Source of the DNA: Hemiscyllium ocellatum
Taxonomy: Eukaryota
DNA: 64,000 bases
Reading direction: 5' to 3'
Assembly: GCF_020745735.1 (NCBI RefSeq)
Contig: NC_083409.1
Span: forward strand, 20,294,341-20,358,340
Shown piece by piece: positions 36,992 to 50,900 of this stretch (positions are counted from its first letter, which is position 1; the number at the start of each line of letters is the position of its first letter). A program made the position numbers and the translations under genes. The notes beneath the pieces are model-generated. The model saw nothing but the letters and a program-made list of their open reading frames with translations, was not told where the DNA came from and searched no databases.

Positions 36992-37997
36992 GGTGAAGAT
37001 TCAGTCTCTGTGTGTGTTGGAAATAACTGACCTCTACCCCACCCAGCCCCAACCCCTCAGTTGATTGATTGCATTTCAGCAGATCCTTGTCACAATTGGT
37101 TACTTGGCCTGTCAATCAATTTCAATCATCAATCATTTTCAAATGATCCCTTTGATCAGGGATTTGTGTAGGTGACAAGATTCCGAAAAGAACAGAAACT
37201 GAAAGTTGTTGGGACTCAATAAGTACAATCTGATGCATTCCCTCTTCACTCAGTTGGTCCAGGCCCAGCTGATGGGATCGAACTGTGCAATCTCTGCTGC
37301 ATGTCAGACAGCCGATGAAACAATCATCAGCCATTCACAGACATTGCCGGCTGTGTCTCTCTTGGCGTGATTGTTCAACTTAATGCTACCTGTAGGTGTC
37401 TCTCTGGGCGTGGGCGTGTTACTCACAGAGCCACTCACAGGCAGCGCTCAGTAATGCACCTACATTCGGAGACACCTTCAGGCAGCATGGAGTGTGAGCA
37501 TGTGACTCAGTGCGGCCTGTCTCTCAGAATGCGTGTGTTACTTAGTGCTGCCTGTAGGTGTCTCTCTCAGTGCGAATGTGTTACTCTGTGCTGCCTGTAG
37601 GTGTCTCTCTGAGGTCTGTGTCTCCGAGCAATGGATTGGGAATGGGCTTTGTGCTGGGGATTGAAGATGAGGTTTTAATCTTCTCAAATCATGAATGAAA
37701 AAACGGTTCATCTGATTCAGTCTGAGATGGCAGCTCATTCAGATAGCCAAAGTTAAAAAACACACAACACCAGGTTATAGTCAACAGGTTTATTTGGAAG
37801 TAAAAGCATTTGGAGTGCTGCCCCTTCATTAGGTAGCTGGAAGTGCAGGATCATTGGGCACAGAATTTATAGCAAATTCAGATAGCAGCTGAAAAAGGTG
37901 AATACTGAGAGTGTATTCTCAGTAAGGGAGGGATTTCAGAGGCAGTGGGCACTGTGCTCTCATATGTGTTGCCGAATTCCGATGGGATTTTCTGGAG

Positions 37998-38126
37998 GAG
38001 AAAGTGAGGACTGCAGATGCTGGAGATCAGAGCTGAAAATGTGTTGCTGGAAAAGCGCAGCAGGTCAGGCAGCATCTGAGGAACAGGAGAATAGACGTTT
38101 CGAGCATAAGCCCTTCTTCAGGAATG
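37998..38126 (-). mobile_element. Short PLE-terminal repeat with an intact hammerhead core
   Basis: Reverse complement reads attcCTGAAGAagggcttatgctcGAAACGTC. A related copy lacking the core lies at 44648-44765. Confidence 0.8.
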
Positions 38127-38804
38127 ACTGGATCCAGGGTCAGAGCAGTCATGGCTGCCTGCCCAGCCAATGCTGGCTCCCCATAGTCATATTTCAGTGG
38201 TTTATTAACCCAAAACAAGGTGCAGCAATATTACCTTCCAGGGAGGGGAGCTGGTGAGGGAGGGAGGTTGAATTCTTGCAGCTCCAATAGAAGTTGGGGT
38301 GGATTAATGACAGGTATGACCACCATGAAGGTGCCACCTTCTCTCCCCCAGCTACAGCTGTGATGACCCTCAGGTTAAAAGTGTGACTGGTCTGGGATGA
38401 TGACCACATTCCTGGATGATGGAGGGAAGGCCAACCTCTCCCAAAGGCAGCACAGGCTGGATCAAAGTGGCATCAAGAATAAGCATAGGGAGATTGAGGG
38501 TGACAGAAGGAGGGGGGTTGGTTGGCAAGTTGTTATTCAGAGTCAGGTCCCAGAGTATCAGTCCTTCTGACATGCACCTTTTTAATCTGTCAGCCAGGGC
38601 TCCCTGATTGGACAAAGTTAACCGTCCCTGTCAGGGAACTCATATTTTATCAAAAAGAATAAAGCATTTATTGAACATGGAGCTCAAGAGCTAAACGACA
38701 CGAGACAAAATGAATGGTTTGAAAGGTTTCATCATGGACACCGCAAATAAGGTTTGGGGAAGAATGTTTTCACTCAGCAGGTGGTGGGAATCTGGAATGG
38801 ACTG

Positions 38805-39110
38805 TCATAGAATCCCTACTGTGAGGAAACAGGCCATTTTCACCAACAGGTCCACACTGATCCTTGGAAGAGTAACCCACCCAAGATCCAATCCCCTATC
38901 CCATTACTCTACTTTTGCCCTGACTAATAACCTAACCTACACATCCCTGATCACTGTGGGCAACTTAGCACAGCCAATTCACATAAGCCGCATGACTTTA
39001 GATTGTGGAAGGAAACCCAGAGCACCCAGAGGAAACCTACGCAGACACTTGGAGAATATGAAAACTCCACACATACAGTTGCCTGAGGCTGGAATTGAAC
39101 CTGGGTCAAA
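38805..39110 (-). mobile_element. HE1/V-SINE-like SINE
   Basis: Reverse complement of the SINE body and tail seen at 16298 and 49311. Confidence 0.8.
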
Positions 39111-39289
39111 ACACTCAGACTGGCCTTGACTTCGCTCCAGCTTCTGCCTCCACTTCTGGCCCCACCCACTCTGCAACCAAGACTCAGACTGCATTTCCCA
39201 GGGACAGCCTGAGTCCAATTGCCTACCTGCAGCCAGCCAGCACACTCGCTCTGTCTCCTCACCCATCTACCCCCACAGTGCATCCTATC

Positions 39290-41790
39290 CCTCCACTTCT
39301 CCCTCTTCACCTCATCGCCATCTCCCCACTCCCCCACCTCACTCCACAACCCACCTCCGTCCCAAACTCCTTTCTCTCCCACACCCATTCCCCATGCAAC
39401 ATCACAACCAACCCTCACCCACCACATGCAATCATCCTTCTCCCCTCCCCTCCTTCAGCCAACTTGGGCCCCCCCCGAAAACCTCACCCCTGAGCCCTGC
39501 ACCACATTTACTATCCCCCCTGACCTCGAACTTTCTGAGGCCAAAAGGTCTATCCTCAGGAAAGGGCTCACAGTCATTCCCGCCAGACCCCACCTCAAAA
39601 AGTCCCACACCCACCACGATGCGGAGCTCTTCTTCCGCAGCTTCGACTTCCGTGTCTTCTTCTTTAATAAAAACTCCCAAAATCCCTCTGAGGACCCCTT
39701 CGCTCGCCTCCAACCTTCTTCCTCCATTTGGTCACCCCCCCAACCTCCCACCACCAGCTGTGTACACACCCTAGACCTCATCATTGCTGACTATTGATGT
39801 GCCATGAGTCGCCTCAATTTCTCCCCTCACCTGCTACAACCACACCCCCTCCAATCGAGCACTCCACTCTCTCTGCGCCAACCCCTGGTTCATCATCAAA
39901 CCCACTGAAAAAGGTGGGGTGGTGTTAGTCTGGAGAACAGGCCTAAATGTCACAGAGACCGAACCCCAATTCTCAGCCACCATGTCCTACCTCCCCCTTG
40001 TCCATAACCCCGCGGTGACCCATCAGGCCAAAATCACTCGCACTGTCAGTGCCCCCATTGCCTCCAGTGATCTCCCCTCCACTGTCTGCAACCTCATAGT
40101 CCCCCAGCCCTGCATTGCCCAGTTCTATCTGCTCCCTAAGATCCACAAGCCCAACTATCCAGCTGACCCATCGTCTCAGCATGCCCCTGCCCCACCGAAC
40201 TCCTCTCATCCTACCTCAACTCTCCTCCTTGGTTCAGGCACTGCCCACCTACATCGGCTACACCAACCATGCCCTCCATCTCTTCAGTATCCTCCAGTTC
40301 CACAGCCCTAAGTGCTTTATCTCCACGATGGATGTGCAGCCCTTACATATGTCCATACCCCACAAGGATGGCCTCCAGGCCCAACACCTTTACCTCTGCA
40401 ACAGACCCGTCCAGTCCCCTTCCACCAATCCATTCCTCAGCTTTGCCAAACTGGTCCAGGGGGTGCCCATGGGCACCCGGTTGAGCTATGTTCACCAGTC
40501 CCTCTTCAGTGACTATACAATTTCCCCACAATTTCCACCCTGTCTTCAACATCACTTCATCCATCTCAGACACCTCCCTGCCCTTTCTTTACCTCTCCAT
40601 TTCCAATTCTGGTGATAATCTTCAGACAGACATTTACTACAAACCCACAAACTCCCATTACTACCTGGACTACACCTCTTCCCAACCAGTATTCTGCAAG
40701 AACTCCATCCCATTCTCCCAATTCCTCTGCTTCCGCTCCATCTGCTCGGATGAGGAGACAATCCACTGATCACAGATGTCCACCTGTTACGAACAACGTG
40801 TTTTTCCTCCTTCTGTCATTCACTGCACCACTTCCACTTCCCGTTCCATTGGTCTAAACCCACCCCCTCTCCAAACGCAATAAAGTCAGAGTCCCCATTG
40901 CCCTCAACTATTACCAATCTTCATATGCAATGCATCATCCTTAAACACTTCCACCAACTCCAACTAGACCACACCACCGAGAACATCTTCCTCTCCCCAT
41001 CCCTGGCTGCCTTCCACAAGGACTGCTCCCTTTGACAATTCTTGGTTTGTGCCACTTGCCCACCTACCCTCCCGAACCCCCAGGAACCTTCCCTTGCAAC
41101 CCAAAAAGATGCAATGCCTGCTGGTAAACCAATCCCTCCCCTCCATCCAGGGCCCCAAACAGTCCTTCCAGATGAGATTTAGGTTCACCTGCTTCTCCTC
41201 CAACCTATTTCACTGCATCAGGTGCCCGTGATGTGATCTTCTCTACATTGGGAAGACCAAATATAATCTTAGGGAACGTTTCACTGAGCATCTTAGCCAG
41301 GCTTGCAGGGGCCGACCAGACCTCTCAGTCCCTACCCATTTCAATTCCCCTTCCCATTCCCATTCCCTTTCCGACATGACCATCATTAGCCTCCTCCATT
41401 GACACAATAAACCAAACCACAAATTGGAGGAACAATACCTCATCTTCCATCTGGGCAGCCTACAGCCCAGATGACTCAACATTAAGTTATCCAATTTCAA
41501 ATAACTACTCCTTCCTTTCCCCGATTCCCTTCCCAGCCCCTCTCCCTCCCTTCCAATCCTGCCTGCCACCTACCGGATTCAGTCCTCCCATTGACCAACC
41601 AAGTTGTACCATCTACCTGTCATCACCTATCCTAACTTAATCATACTGTCCCCACTACCCCCTTTGTCTGCAGCTTTCTCGTCACCTAACCCCATTCCTG
41701 AATAAGGTTTACACCCGAAACATCAACTTCTACACTGCCTCATGCTGCCTGACTTGCTGTGATCTTCCAGCCTCCTGCCTGTCATGAATG
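39290..41790 (+). mobile_element. Long degraded Penelope-like retroelement (RT plus GIY-YIG)
   Basis: Frameshifted pieces FYLLPKIHKP, TMDVQPLHMSIPH, GVPMGT, KPTNSHYYLDY, CIRC.*CDLLYIGKT..LRERFTEHL; ends with a degenerate hammerhead CTGAATA...GAAAC ATC at 41698-41733. Confidence 0.88.
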
Positions 41791-44700
41791 GAACCAGCAG
41801 GAAAGGGTTAGATAATCAAGTGTCAGGGCCATCAACAAATGGGAATGGGGCATGCTACAGACAGTTGCATTGAGACAGTCAATCACAAAGATTGACTGTC
41901 TCAATTTTATTCCAAACTGGAAATAAAACATTAATACACAGTGGACGGAATTTAATGTAAGAAAGTGTGAGACCATGCACTTGAGTCGGAATAATCTAAA
42001 AGTTGACTATTATTTAAATGTGAGAGATTCCAACAAAGTGCAGTACAGAGTGATCTGGGTAGTATTGTGCATGAAACACAGAAAGTTAGTGCAGGTACAG
42101 CAAGGAATTGAGAAGGCGAATGGAATTTTCGCCTCTATTGCTGGGGGTTGGAATTTAAAAGTAGAGAAATCCTGATAAAACTATCAAGGGTGTATGTGAG
42201 CCTGCATTTGGAGTATTGTGTGCAATTTTGGTCCCTGTATTTAAGAAAGGATGGTCAGCTATTCGAGGCTTCATCCTGCTCCTATTTCTCATGGCCTTGT
42301 GTGCTCCAGTGTCCTTCCCTCACAGCAGAGCTGGTTGGACCATGCCTGCAGTAACAGCCTCCAGTCTCTGGGTGGTGCTGCCAAATGATCTGCCTTGCCC
42401 AGGCTGTCACAGTTCCCACATCACAACAATGTCTGGACTTCGGAAGTATTCCATTGGCTGTAAAATATTTCCAAACATCCTAAGTTCAAGGAACGTATAA
42501 CTCACATATAATTCTCTCTCATTTTATATTTTATCTCCATGTCTCCCAGCTGTCGCCTGACAACATCACACACTTGTGTAAAACCCAGAATGAATCATGA
42601 ATCTCTGGGAGAACTTAATCTATGACAACACTGGGACTAATGACCACCTCCTCAGTGGAATTTGAGGGTGAAGGTCAACAGCAGTCTCACTGGGACTTGA
42701 TCTGGGTTATCTTGATCGTGATCCAGTCAGTCAGTATTTTTGTCTGGGTCCAGATAGTACAGACCAACCTCGGACCCTGTGATCTGATTGAAGTGAAGGG
42801 TTAGCTGTGCTGGGTTTTCACCCATGGCTCACACACATAGTGAAGCAGGGATTACACATTTCATGAGAGTAAATGAGACCCACACACTGTCTCCAAGAGA
42901 GTGGGGACAGGAACAGTAATATTCTCAGACAAAAAAGGATGGTAAAAATGATATCCCACAAAGAGAGAGGAGACAGGAAAAGTGACGCTCCCCAGAGACA
43001 GGCGAACAGTAACTGTCTGCTCCCCACTTTCTTGTTGTGACATATTTCCTTGGGAAATTGGTTTGGTTTATATTTTCTCAATTGTATTTAGGTTTGATGA
43101 GGTGATTCGGGAACAAGGATTCCAATTCCATATTTTGTGTAGCAGCAGATCTACTGAAGTTCATGTTTTCATTTGGAGTTTGCCAGGATTCTGTCCAGGC
43201 TGATACAGCATGATCTACCAGAGCTGCTCCTATTGGGCTAAACCATCACACACCATGAAGTCTTTTGTGCACTTCCTCTTTGTGCTGGAAAAGGGAAGGA
43301 TTTGCTTTTCCTGCAATGGCAGCCAAAGAAATTAGTCAGTGGATGTTGTTCCAGCTGAATATAATGTTCTGATGTTCATGATGGGATTAACCTCGAACGT
43401 TCCCACTTGCCTTTACCCCGACAGTGGAACAGGAAGTCACCACGCAGTGGTCTCCTGGCTCACACTGAGAAACGAAGTTGATGGTATAACTGCAGAGAGC
43501 AAGGCAATGGCTTAGACTCACCGAACAACCAAAGGCTTTGGCCAGCAACTGGATCACAGGCAAATGGAGTGTTGTGTAAACTTCCAGTGTCTGGGGAACA
43601 AACACAACTATTGAGCTACAAAACTGAACAGGATATTTTTATGACAAATTGGCATTCCAAAATTAAATAAAAACACAATATGCAATAAAACCTGAGTACA
43701 ATCTAATTTCAGAGAATACAGCATTTTCTTTGAAAGCTGTATGATAATGAGATGAGAATTCAAACAGCCACCCACTCCCTCAAATGGTGTTGAAGTTGCA
43801 TTGTCCTCATCATAATAAGTTTGCAAGCTTCTTAATAACACAAAAGGGGAGCGAAACATTGCAAACTGTATTAACACGAGTGAGGATCCATTAAAAACTA
43901 GGACCATGATGTTAAATGCTCCCAGCCATAAATAACACTGATGCATTCACATAATTAGAGGATTAAATGATGTTAAAACGTCTGCCAACCACTTTCATGA
44001 AGATGGAGTATTTAAAACTCAAGAGGTATTGATGACTATTTTTCAGTTCTATGCAAGGAAGCAGCAGCTGACATATGAACTCTAACAAAATGATAACAGG
44101 CACTGAATACAGAGCAGACTCCTGGGAGAGAGAAAAAAATCAACAGCAGAGATCTGTCCAGTGCTGGGATCATTTTAGACAAGACTCCTTGTTGCCAGCA
44201 AGTTACTGCAGCTTGAAAACTCCAGTCCGGTCAGAAAGAGAAAAAGGACAATGTGCAGATTGTTGAACAGGCCCCTACACCTGGGCCTGAGGCAGGAGCC
44301 CAAGCTCCAACACACTGGCCTCACTTCACACCAACCTTCACACAGTGCGGGGTCATGAACTCCAATCATCAATTCTGGGACTGGGACGGAGGGAGCAGGG
44401 GTAATTGTAGAAGTGTCAATAGAGAGTAAAGCAAGATGGAGAGGGTGTTTTGGAAAGGGGTTAGAGGAGGAAATATACTTTGTGCCATTCAGTACTGACA
44501 TTGTCTATGTGTATCACAGAATAAACAAAACAGCACACTGTGAAGACAAACAAAAGTCACATCAAAGTACTTTTCTTATCCCAGGGGATATTTTCATTGT
44601 GGTGTGATAAGTACCCTGCTTCTAAAGCTGTACACCCGATGAGTCTGGATGAGAAAGTGAGGACTGCAGATGCTGGAGATCAGAGCTGAAAATGTGTTGC

Positions 44701-44838
44701 TGGAAAAGCGCAGCAGGTCAGGCAGCATCCAAGGAGCAGGAGAATCGACATTGCCTTCTTCAGGAACTTCATGTGTCTACAGATTGAGCCTGTTAGCTTC
44801 AAGCAGAGTCCCACTTTACTGATCAGGGACAGTGAAGC

Positions 44839-44857
44839 AGCTGCCCTCTAGTGGCGA
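44839..44857. promoter_or_regulatory. CTCF-type motif
   Basis: CTGCCCTCTAGTGGC closely matches the vertebrate CTCF core; lies in a small CpG-containing patch. Confidence 0.6.
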
Positions 44858-46672
44858 GAGAGCGCTTGCGCTGCTGCTGAGGATTATGGGTAAAGTCCCC
44901 TTCCATTCGCGCCCACACAAACCAGCAGCCACTTCAGCTGCTTTATTGAAAACCACAAACTTTAAGGCGTTTCAACGGTGAAACTGGACACATGATCATA
45001 CGAATTAGGGACAAAAATGAAGGAGATTCATCCTCTTGAGCCTGTTTCCCATGGCTGACCTGATTATTCCACAATCTTGCCTCACTCCAACAGATTTATG
45101 ATAAGCAATGGCTATCTACTTCTTCACTACCAGCATTCAGAGGTTTCATTTCTATGTTTGAAGAAGATTTCCAAAGATCTATGACCTTAAGCAAGAAAGA
45201 ATACCTGCTTATCGCGGTCTTAAATCAGGGAACTTATTTCAGTTTTATATTCTTCCTGAAAAGGAAGCATTCATTTCACATCCACGCTGCATTCCATGTT
45301 CATGTTGATATGGCATCTGCTTTAATCAGCTGCTCTCCCATGAGAACAGCAGCCTATCCTGCCACCTTCAGTGACTGATGCACATAAACATCCAGGTCCT
45401 ACTGCCTCTACACCCACCCATAGTTGTACTCTTTAGTTTGTTTGTCTCTCCACGTTTTCCTTCCAAAATGAATCAGTGACAGCTCTTTCCATGAAATTCT
45501 ATCCGCAACCATCTGCTCATCCCAATAACACATATATATATATATAGAAGTTAGACACCATCTTGTTCATGAGCCATAATACATCCAAGTTTCATACCAT
45601 CAGCAAATTTTGAAATTATGCCTTGTACACTCAGGTTAACATAGATTTAACTATTTAAATAGTTTTTAAAGTGAACTATTTTATAAATTATTGTAAATTA
45701 AACCTCAAATTTATTGCTCATCTCCAGTTACTGGGACTCAGTTCTGAGCCAAATCTTGGGGCCTTAAGAATGAATCACGTCACTGTGTGGGACTGGAGCC
45801 ACAGACCGGGTGATGACTGGGTTCCCTTGTCCAAACTACATTCATGAACATGACATTGAGTTTCATGGGTTTTTTTTTATTCAGACCCCAGCGCCTTCCT
45901 TCCCAGATATTACATGGCTCACTACTACCCTCTCCAGGACAATTAGGAAAGGGCAACAAATAACTGCCACTTTTGTGCCTGCCCATCCCAGGAGAAACCA
46001 AAATAACCAAGGTACAATTCAAATCATCAAACTGGTGATGGTTGAATTCATCTCTTTGAAAAACTGGAGCCTAGGCTAGAAATAGAGCCATGACATGGGT
46101 GACCCTGGTTTGTCAGACTGAAAGGTGGAGTGTCCTTCGGATTGACACTGGGATCAGACACAAAATGAATTACACTCAAAGACCGAAAAAACGGCTATCA
46201 AAGCGGGTCACCAAACTGCAAAGAGCAGCAATTTATCCAGGTGCACTCAACAAGTATCAGTGGGTGTCAGAGCATTAGGCAGGCAAGTGTCAGATATTGT
46301 TGAACACACCAGAAGCACAGTCACACAGAAAGGGAAGCTATTGGGATAGAGCAGGGAAACGGGAATAACTGAATTTCTCCACTGAGAGCTGGAAGGGGTT
46401 TTCCCGGTTGTGAAGCCTCTGAGAACGATAAAGGTTGAAGGGCTGTTTATATTATAAACAACACTGCAGCGCGCAAGAAAGGATGCCGAGTGACATGTCT
46501 CCTTTAAATTGGAAACAATATCAGAAATAAAGGTCAATGTGTTTTTGGACTGAATATTGAGGAGTGAGGAGATGGAGGGGAGAGTGACCAAGGCAGCCGT
46601 CCTGAAGAATGGTTAGGTCACGTCCAGAATATGGTGCACAGTTAGGGGCTGCTTTGAGGAACAATACATAAT

Positions 46673-46700
46673 GGGACAGGGACAGGGACAGGGACAGGGA
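46673..46700. repeat. (GGGACA)4 microsatellite
   Basis: Direct reading. Confidence 0.9.
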
Positions 46701-49009
46701 ATCTCGGTCACAAGGTTTTATTTCGGAATGTCGATTTCTTTATACAGAAGGTAGTAAGAATTTGCAATTTTCTGCCACAGGCTGTTAAAACAAAACCTAT
46801 CCATGTTTTATTCTCCGGTGGGACATGGGCACTGCTGGTTGGCAGCATTTCCTGCCTGTCCCTCATTTTCTTTGAACGTGGTGAGGAGCTGCCATCCTGA
46901 ACCTGCTGCAGCCATGTGCTGTAGGTAGACCCAGAATGCCCTGAGGGAGAGAATTCCCTGATAATAACCCAGTGAGAGTGAAGGAACAGGGATATATTTC
47001 TTAATCAGGATGATGAATCCTGCAGGTGGCGGTGTTCTCATGTGTGTACTATTTTAAATGGGATTTAATAACCAGGAGGAATAATAAAGGGAAAGTAATG
47101 CTAGAAAGCATTCAACTGGATGGTGATGGACTAATTATTGCGGTGACGTTTTGGGCAGAGTTGGCTGTTCTTGTGCAGCAGCAACATTCTCCATGGTAAC
47201 GCTTCATTACATTCCAAAAGAACACGTTAAAACCTCAAAACTCTGACTTTGCACAAAGACAATACGAACTACTGACAGATTTTATGACTTTTCAAAGTAT
47301 CAGTCTTAGCTAAGTTGGTAGAACTCCTTCCATGGAGTCAGAAAGGTTTGGGTTCAGTCCACTCTAAGGTGAGCCAACAACAATCGCACCCATCAGTGAC
47401 AGATCTGCTGGGGAGCTCCTTTTGGTTCCTGGGGAGGTACCCAATTGGGAGTGAGCAGAGCAATGCTTGTTGGAGTCAGGGCTATCATTGGAGACCTTGG
47501 CTTATTATGGAATCCCAGACCAAATGCAACTAGAGGCAGGTGTGGGTCATGGGAGAGGTGGCAGTTTAATATGAGGACGTCATCTGAAGCTCGGTCCATT
47601 AATTGGACAAATTGTGGGAAAGCCAAGCCGATTTAATCCTTGAGCTGCCATATAATCAGGATGGATTCAGGAATTTAGGGGTCAATTGGTTCCTCAGTCA
47701 AGTTGATATCGTCTGATGACAGCTGAGAGTTCCAGTTCATTACTTCTATCCTGATATTCATTGAGAGAGATTTGCTGCCATTGGGGGCATTGAAATGGGC
47801 TTCATGAATGATTAAGTTTGCTTAGAGTCATGTTTTCAACTGAGCGGCAAAATGACACATTCTCCAGTCATATACCAAGTTCAGAAAGGAAATCAGGAAA
47901 AATATTTTGATGCAGTTATTGGAATTTAATGATGAATGATGTATAAACTGAGTGCTCCATTCAAAAAAAGACAATTATTTTTAGAATTTCAACAGGTCTA
48001 AAGCAAAAGAGGAAATCAGGATCAAATAGTCATTTGAGAATCTGGAACTTGAGTGAGAGAAAGTCCTTCTTATGAAAACATTTCATTTTGCCTTGCTTTC
48101 TCTCCATGGATGATGCCTGACCCGCTGGAGTCTCGAGTCTACATGGTGTTTGCCTTTGCTATGCTATTTCTTGCAAATTGCCCTGATGTGTGCAAGACAA
48201 AAGCTTCGACAAAATGTCTCTTTTTTTCAGCAACACTCAAATTCAGATCAGTTTGGAGAGAAATCAGGGCTATGGAATCATCTGCAGGGAGGGAGGGAGT
48301 GCGTGTGGAATCTCCCATGGGCAGGGTTCTCCTGGCTGCCACCACACCAGGAAGGCTGGAGCTTGATGATCGAGCTGAATGGACAGGGCTTACTCTTACA
48401 GTCCTCAGGGCCATGGAGCCTCTTGTGATGGGAGCATCTACTTGGTGTCAGAGTAGACAATGACATTGCAGTGGGATTGGAAATGGGACAACTCGACACT
48501 GGATGCTGCACAATGGCTGCACTGACCCTTCCTCTCTGCCTGATCCCTTCAGGAGTGAACGTGAATGTACAGAATAGCTGAACACCTTGGTTTTTGAAGA
48601 AGGCATGTGCAATGGAACATTATTCTCCAGCTGACTGTCACCAGCTTGGTGCTAGAAAAGGTTCCTTTATTCATTGAGCTGAGAGTTTTGCTCCTGACCT
48701 AGCAGATTGGTGTTGAGTGGAGTTTCAGGAGATAAAGAGAGGCTGAGGAGGAAATGAATGAGCAAGTGAATATATCTGCTTCTCAAATTTCCCAGCAACA
48801 ATGAGAGCTCAGGGTTAAGACACGAATGAGGAAGGGTGAAGCGTTGAAGAAATCTTTTGCACAGAGAGTGTGCATGAGTGGGTACAGAGAAAATTAGAGG
48901 CTGAATTAGGCCATTCAATCCTTCAAGACTTCTCGACCAATGAATAGGACCATGGCTGATGTGATTTTGCTTCCAATGCCACATTATCATCCATCACAGA
49001 ATGGTGAAT

Positions 49010-50180
49010 GCACAACAAAAGTGGACAGAAAAGCCAGAATCTGAACTACAACAGCAACCATCCAAACACACACAGGAGAAGCTGCATTAGGCCCCTGTTC
49101 AATAGGGCTACAACACACTGCAGCACTCCCGACCTGTGAAGAGAAGAACATTTCTACAAAGTCTTTGCCAAGAATGGATTTTCCTGCAACTTCATCCGCA
49201 GATACCTAACAGACAAACAACACGATGAGGACATGTTACAACCTAACTCCTAGCCATGCTACCGTATATAAGCAAATGCCACAGAACTTACAGCCAGACT
49301 TGTCCAACCATGGAGCAGTGTCTCAGTGGTTAACACTGTTGCCTCACAGTGGCATGGATCCGATTTCAATTCCCACATCAGGCAACTGTCTGTGTGGAGT
49401 TTGCACATTCTCCCCGGGTCTGATTTCCTCCGGGAGCTCCGATTTCCTCCCACAATCCAAAGATGTGCAGGTCAGGTGAATTGGCCATGCTAAATTGCCC
49501 CTAATGCTAGGTGCATTAGTTGAGGTCAGTATTGGTTAGGAGACTGGGTCTGGGTGGGTTATCTTTGGAGGGTCGGTGTGGACTTGTTGGGCCGGAGGGC
49601 CTGTTTCCACACTGTAGGGAATCTAATCACTCATAAACTGCCCAGAAACTGCCAGCCACGCTCAGACAACAATGCGTGAGAACAAAAGACCCAAAACCAA
49701 TCATGTGAAAGACAAATGTAGTTTACAAGATTCCATGCAAAGCCTGCATGAAAAACACAGGACACACAGCCAGACAACTAGCCATCCACATCCATGAACA
49801 CCAACGAGCCACTAAACCCCATGAGCAGCTGTCCCGAGTAGTTATACACACAGGTGACAAGGACCACAAATTTGATTGGGCCAACACTATGATCATAGGA
49901 CAAGCTCAACAGAGGGCAGCCAGAGAATTTCTAGAGGCGTGACACTTATCCATGGGCTCCATCAATATACACATTGACGTAGACCCAGTATACTGTCCAC
50001 TGCAATGAACATCCGGAACCAATAACCGGAAACAGCAGGAATGGAACCAAATAAATTCCAGAAGACACAGCACAACAGCACTTCACAGGAAGCTCCAAAG
50101 CTCTGATGATGTCACCTAGACAGAGGACAAAATGTCTACAAATCAACTTCCCAGCTCGGTGAGCATTCCCACAACTACAG
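49010..50180 (+). mobile_element. Degraded Penelope-like element (RT C-terminus, GIY-YIG) interrupted by a SINE
   Basis: VVYKIPCKAC...GHTARQLAIHIHEH, KFDWANTMIIGQAQQRAAREFLEA; hammerhead-like CTGATGAtgtcacctagacagaggacAAAATGTC at 50103-50136. Confidence 0.8.
49311..49628 (+). mobile_element. HE1/V-SINE-like SINE nested in a PLE
   Basis: A/B boxes, V-like core, tail cactgtagggaatctaatc. Confidence 0.85.
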
Positions 50181-50689
50181 CAAGAGTGGGGGGTTTTCCT
50201 GTCCTACAGTGCTCTCCAAATCCTTACCTGCCATCCTCATAGTCATACCCTCCTGTCCCTTAATACTTATGAAATTGGACTGCCTGGTCCTCAGGATCAT
50301 AGGATCCTTCAGGAACAAGATCTCCAGGTATCTCTGCACCTCCCTGATGTATCACCAATTAATTCAACTCAGCCTTCAGTCCAAACACCGTGTGGGAGTT
50401 GTTGTAGATTTATACATTCCCGACAGACATAGTTAATCTGAGTCACTTTAATTTAAGAAAGAAATATAGATCCCACTTACAAATGGAAGATACCCATCCC
50501 TCTATTAATCTAGTAATTGTCTTCAGTATCTCAATTTAAGTTTTCGTGCTTTCCATTTATTGACCTTCGCGAATGGGGGTGTCCGCAGCAGTACAAGACG
50601 ACAAGAGGATTATAGATGGGCTCGGAGGGTCAGATGGGCTAATCAGTAACAAGTGGAATTCATTCCGATAAACGTGAGTCAGTGGACTG

Positions 50690-50900
50690 AGCTCTCCCTG
50701 CCAGGCTCTACTGGAAGATGGAGGGACTATTGGGGAACCCGTGGGACAGACAGCTCCATCAATATTGTTGGTCTTTAAACATGAAGGTGAACTTGTCCTG
50801 GTCGTTAGCTCTCCCTAACCCGATACGGACCAAGGCACATTCAAAATGACCAACTGTGTAAAGACCCATTGCCAGTCCATCAGCAATGAGCCAATCTGCT
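50690..50900 (-). mobile_element. Retrovirus/LTR-type RT remnant
   Basis: Minus-strand DQDKFTFMFKDQQY*WSCLSHGFPNSPSIFQ resembles the retroviral FAFT..GQQY.W..LPQGF.NSP..F motif. Confidence 0.55.

Noticed and set aside
36606-37064. 152-aa ORF after C copy 1, with an acceptor-like cttctcag at 36603, as an extra exon
   Set aside because: It lies in the 3' UTR, starts at TTG, has no convincing upstream donor, and the acceptor is not kept in copy 2.
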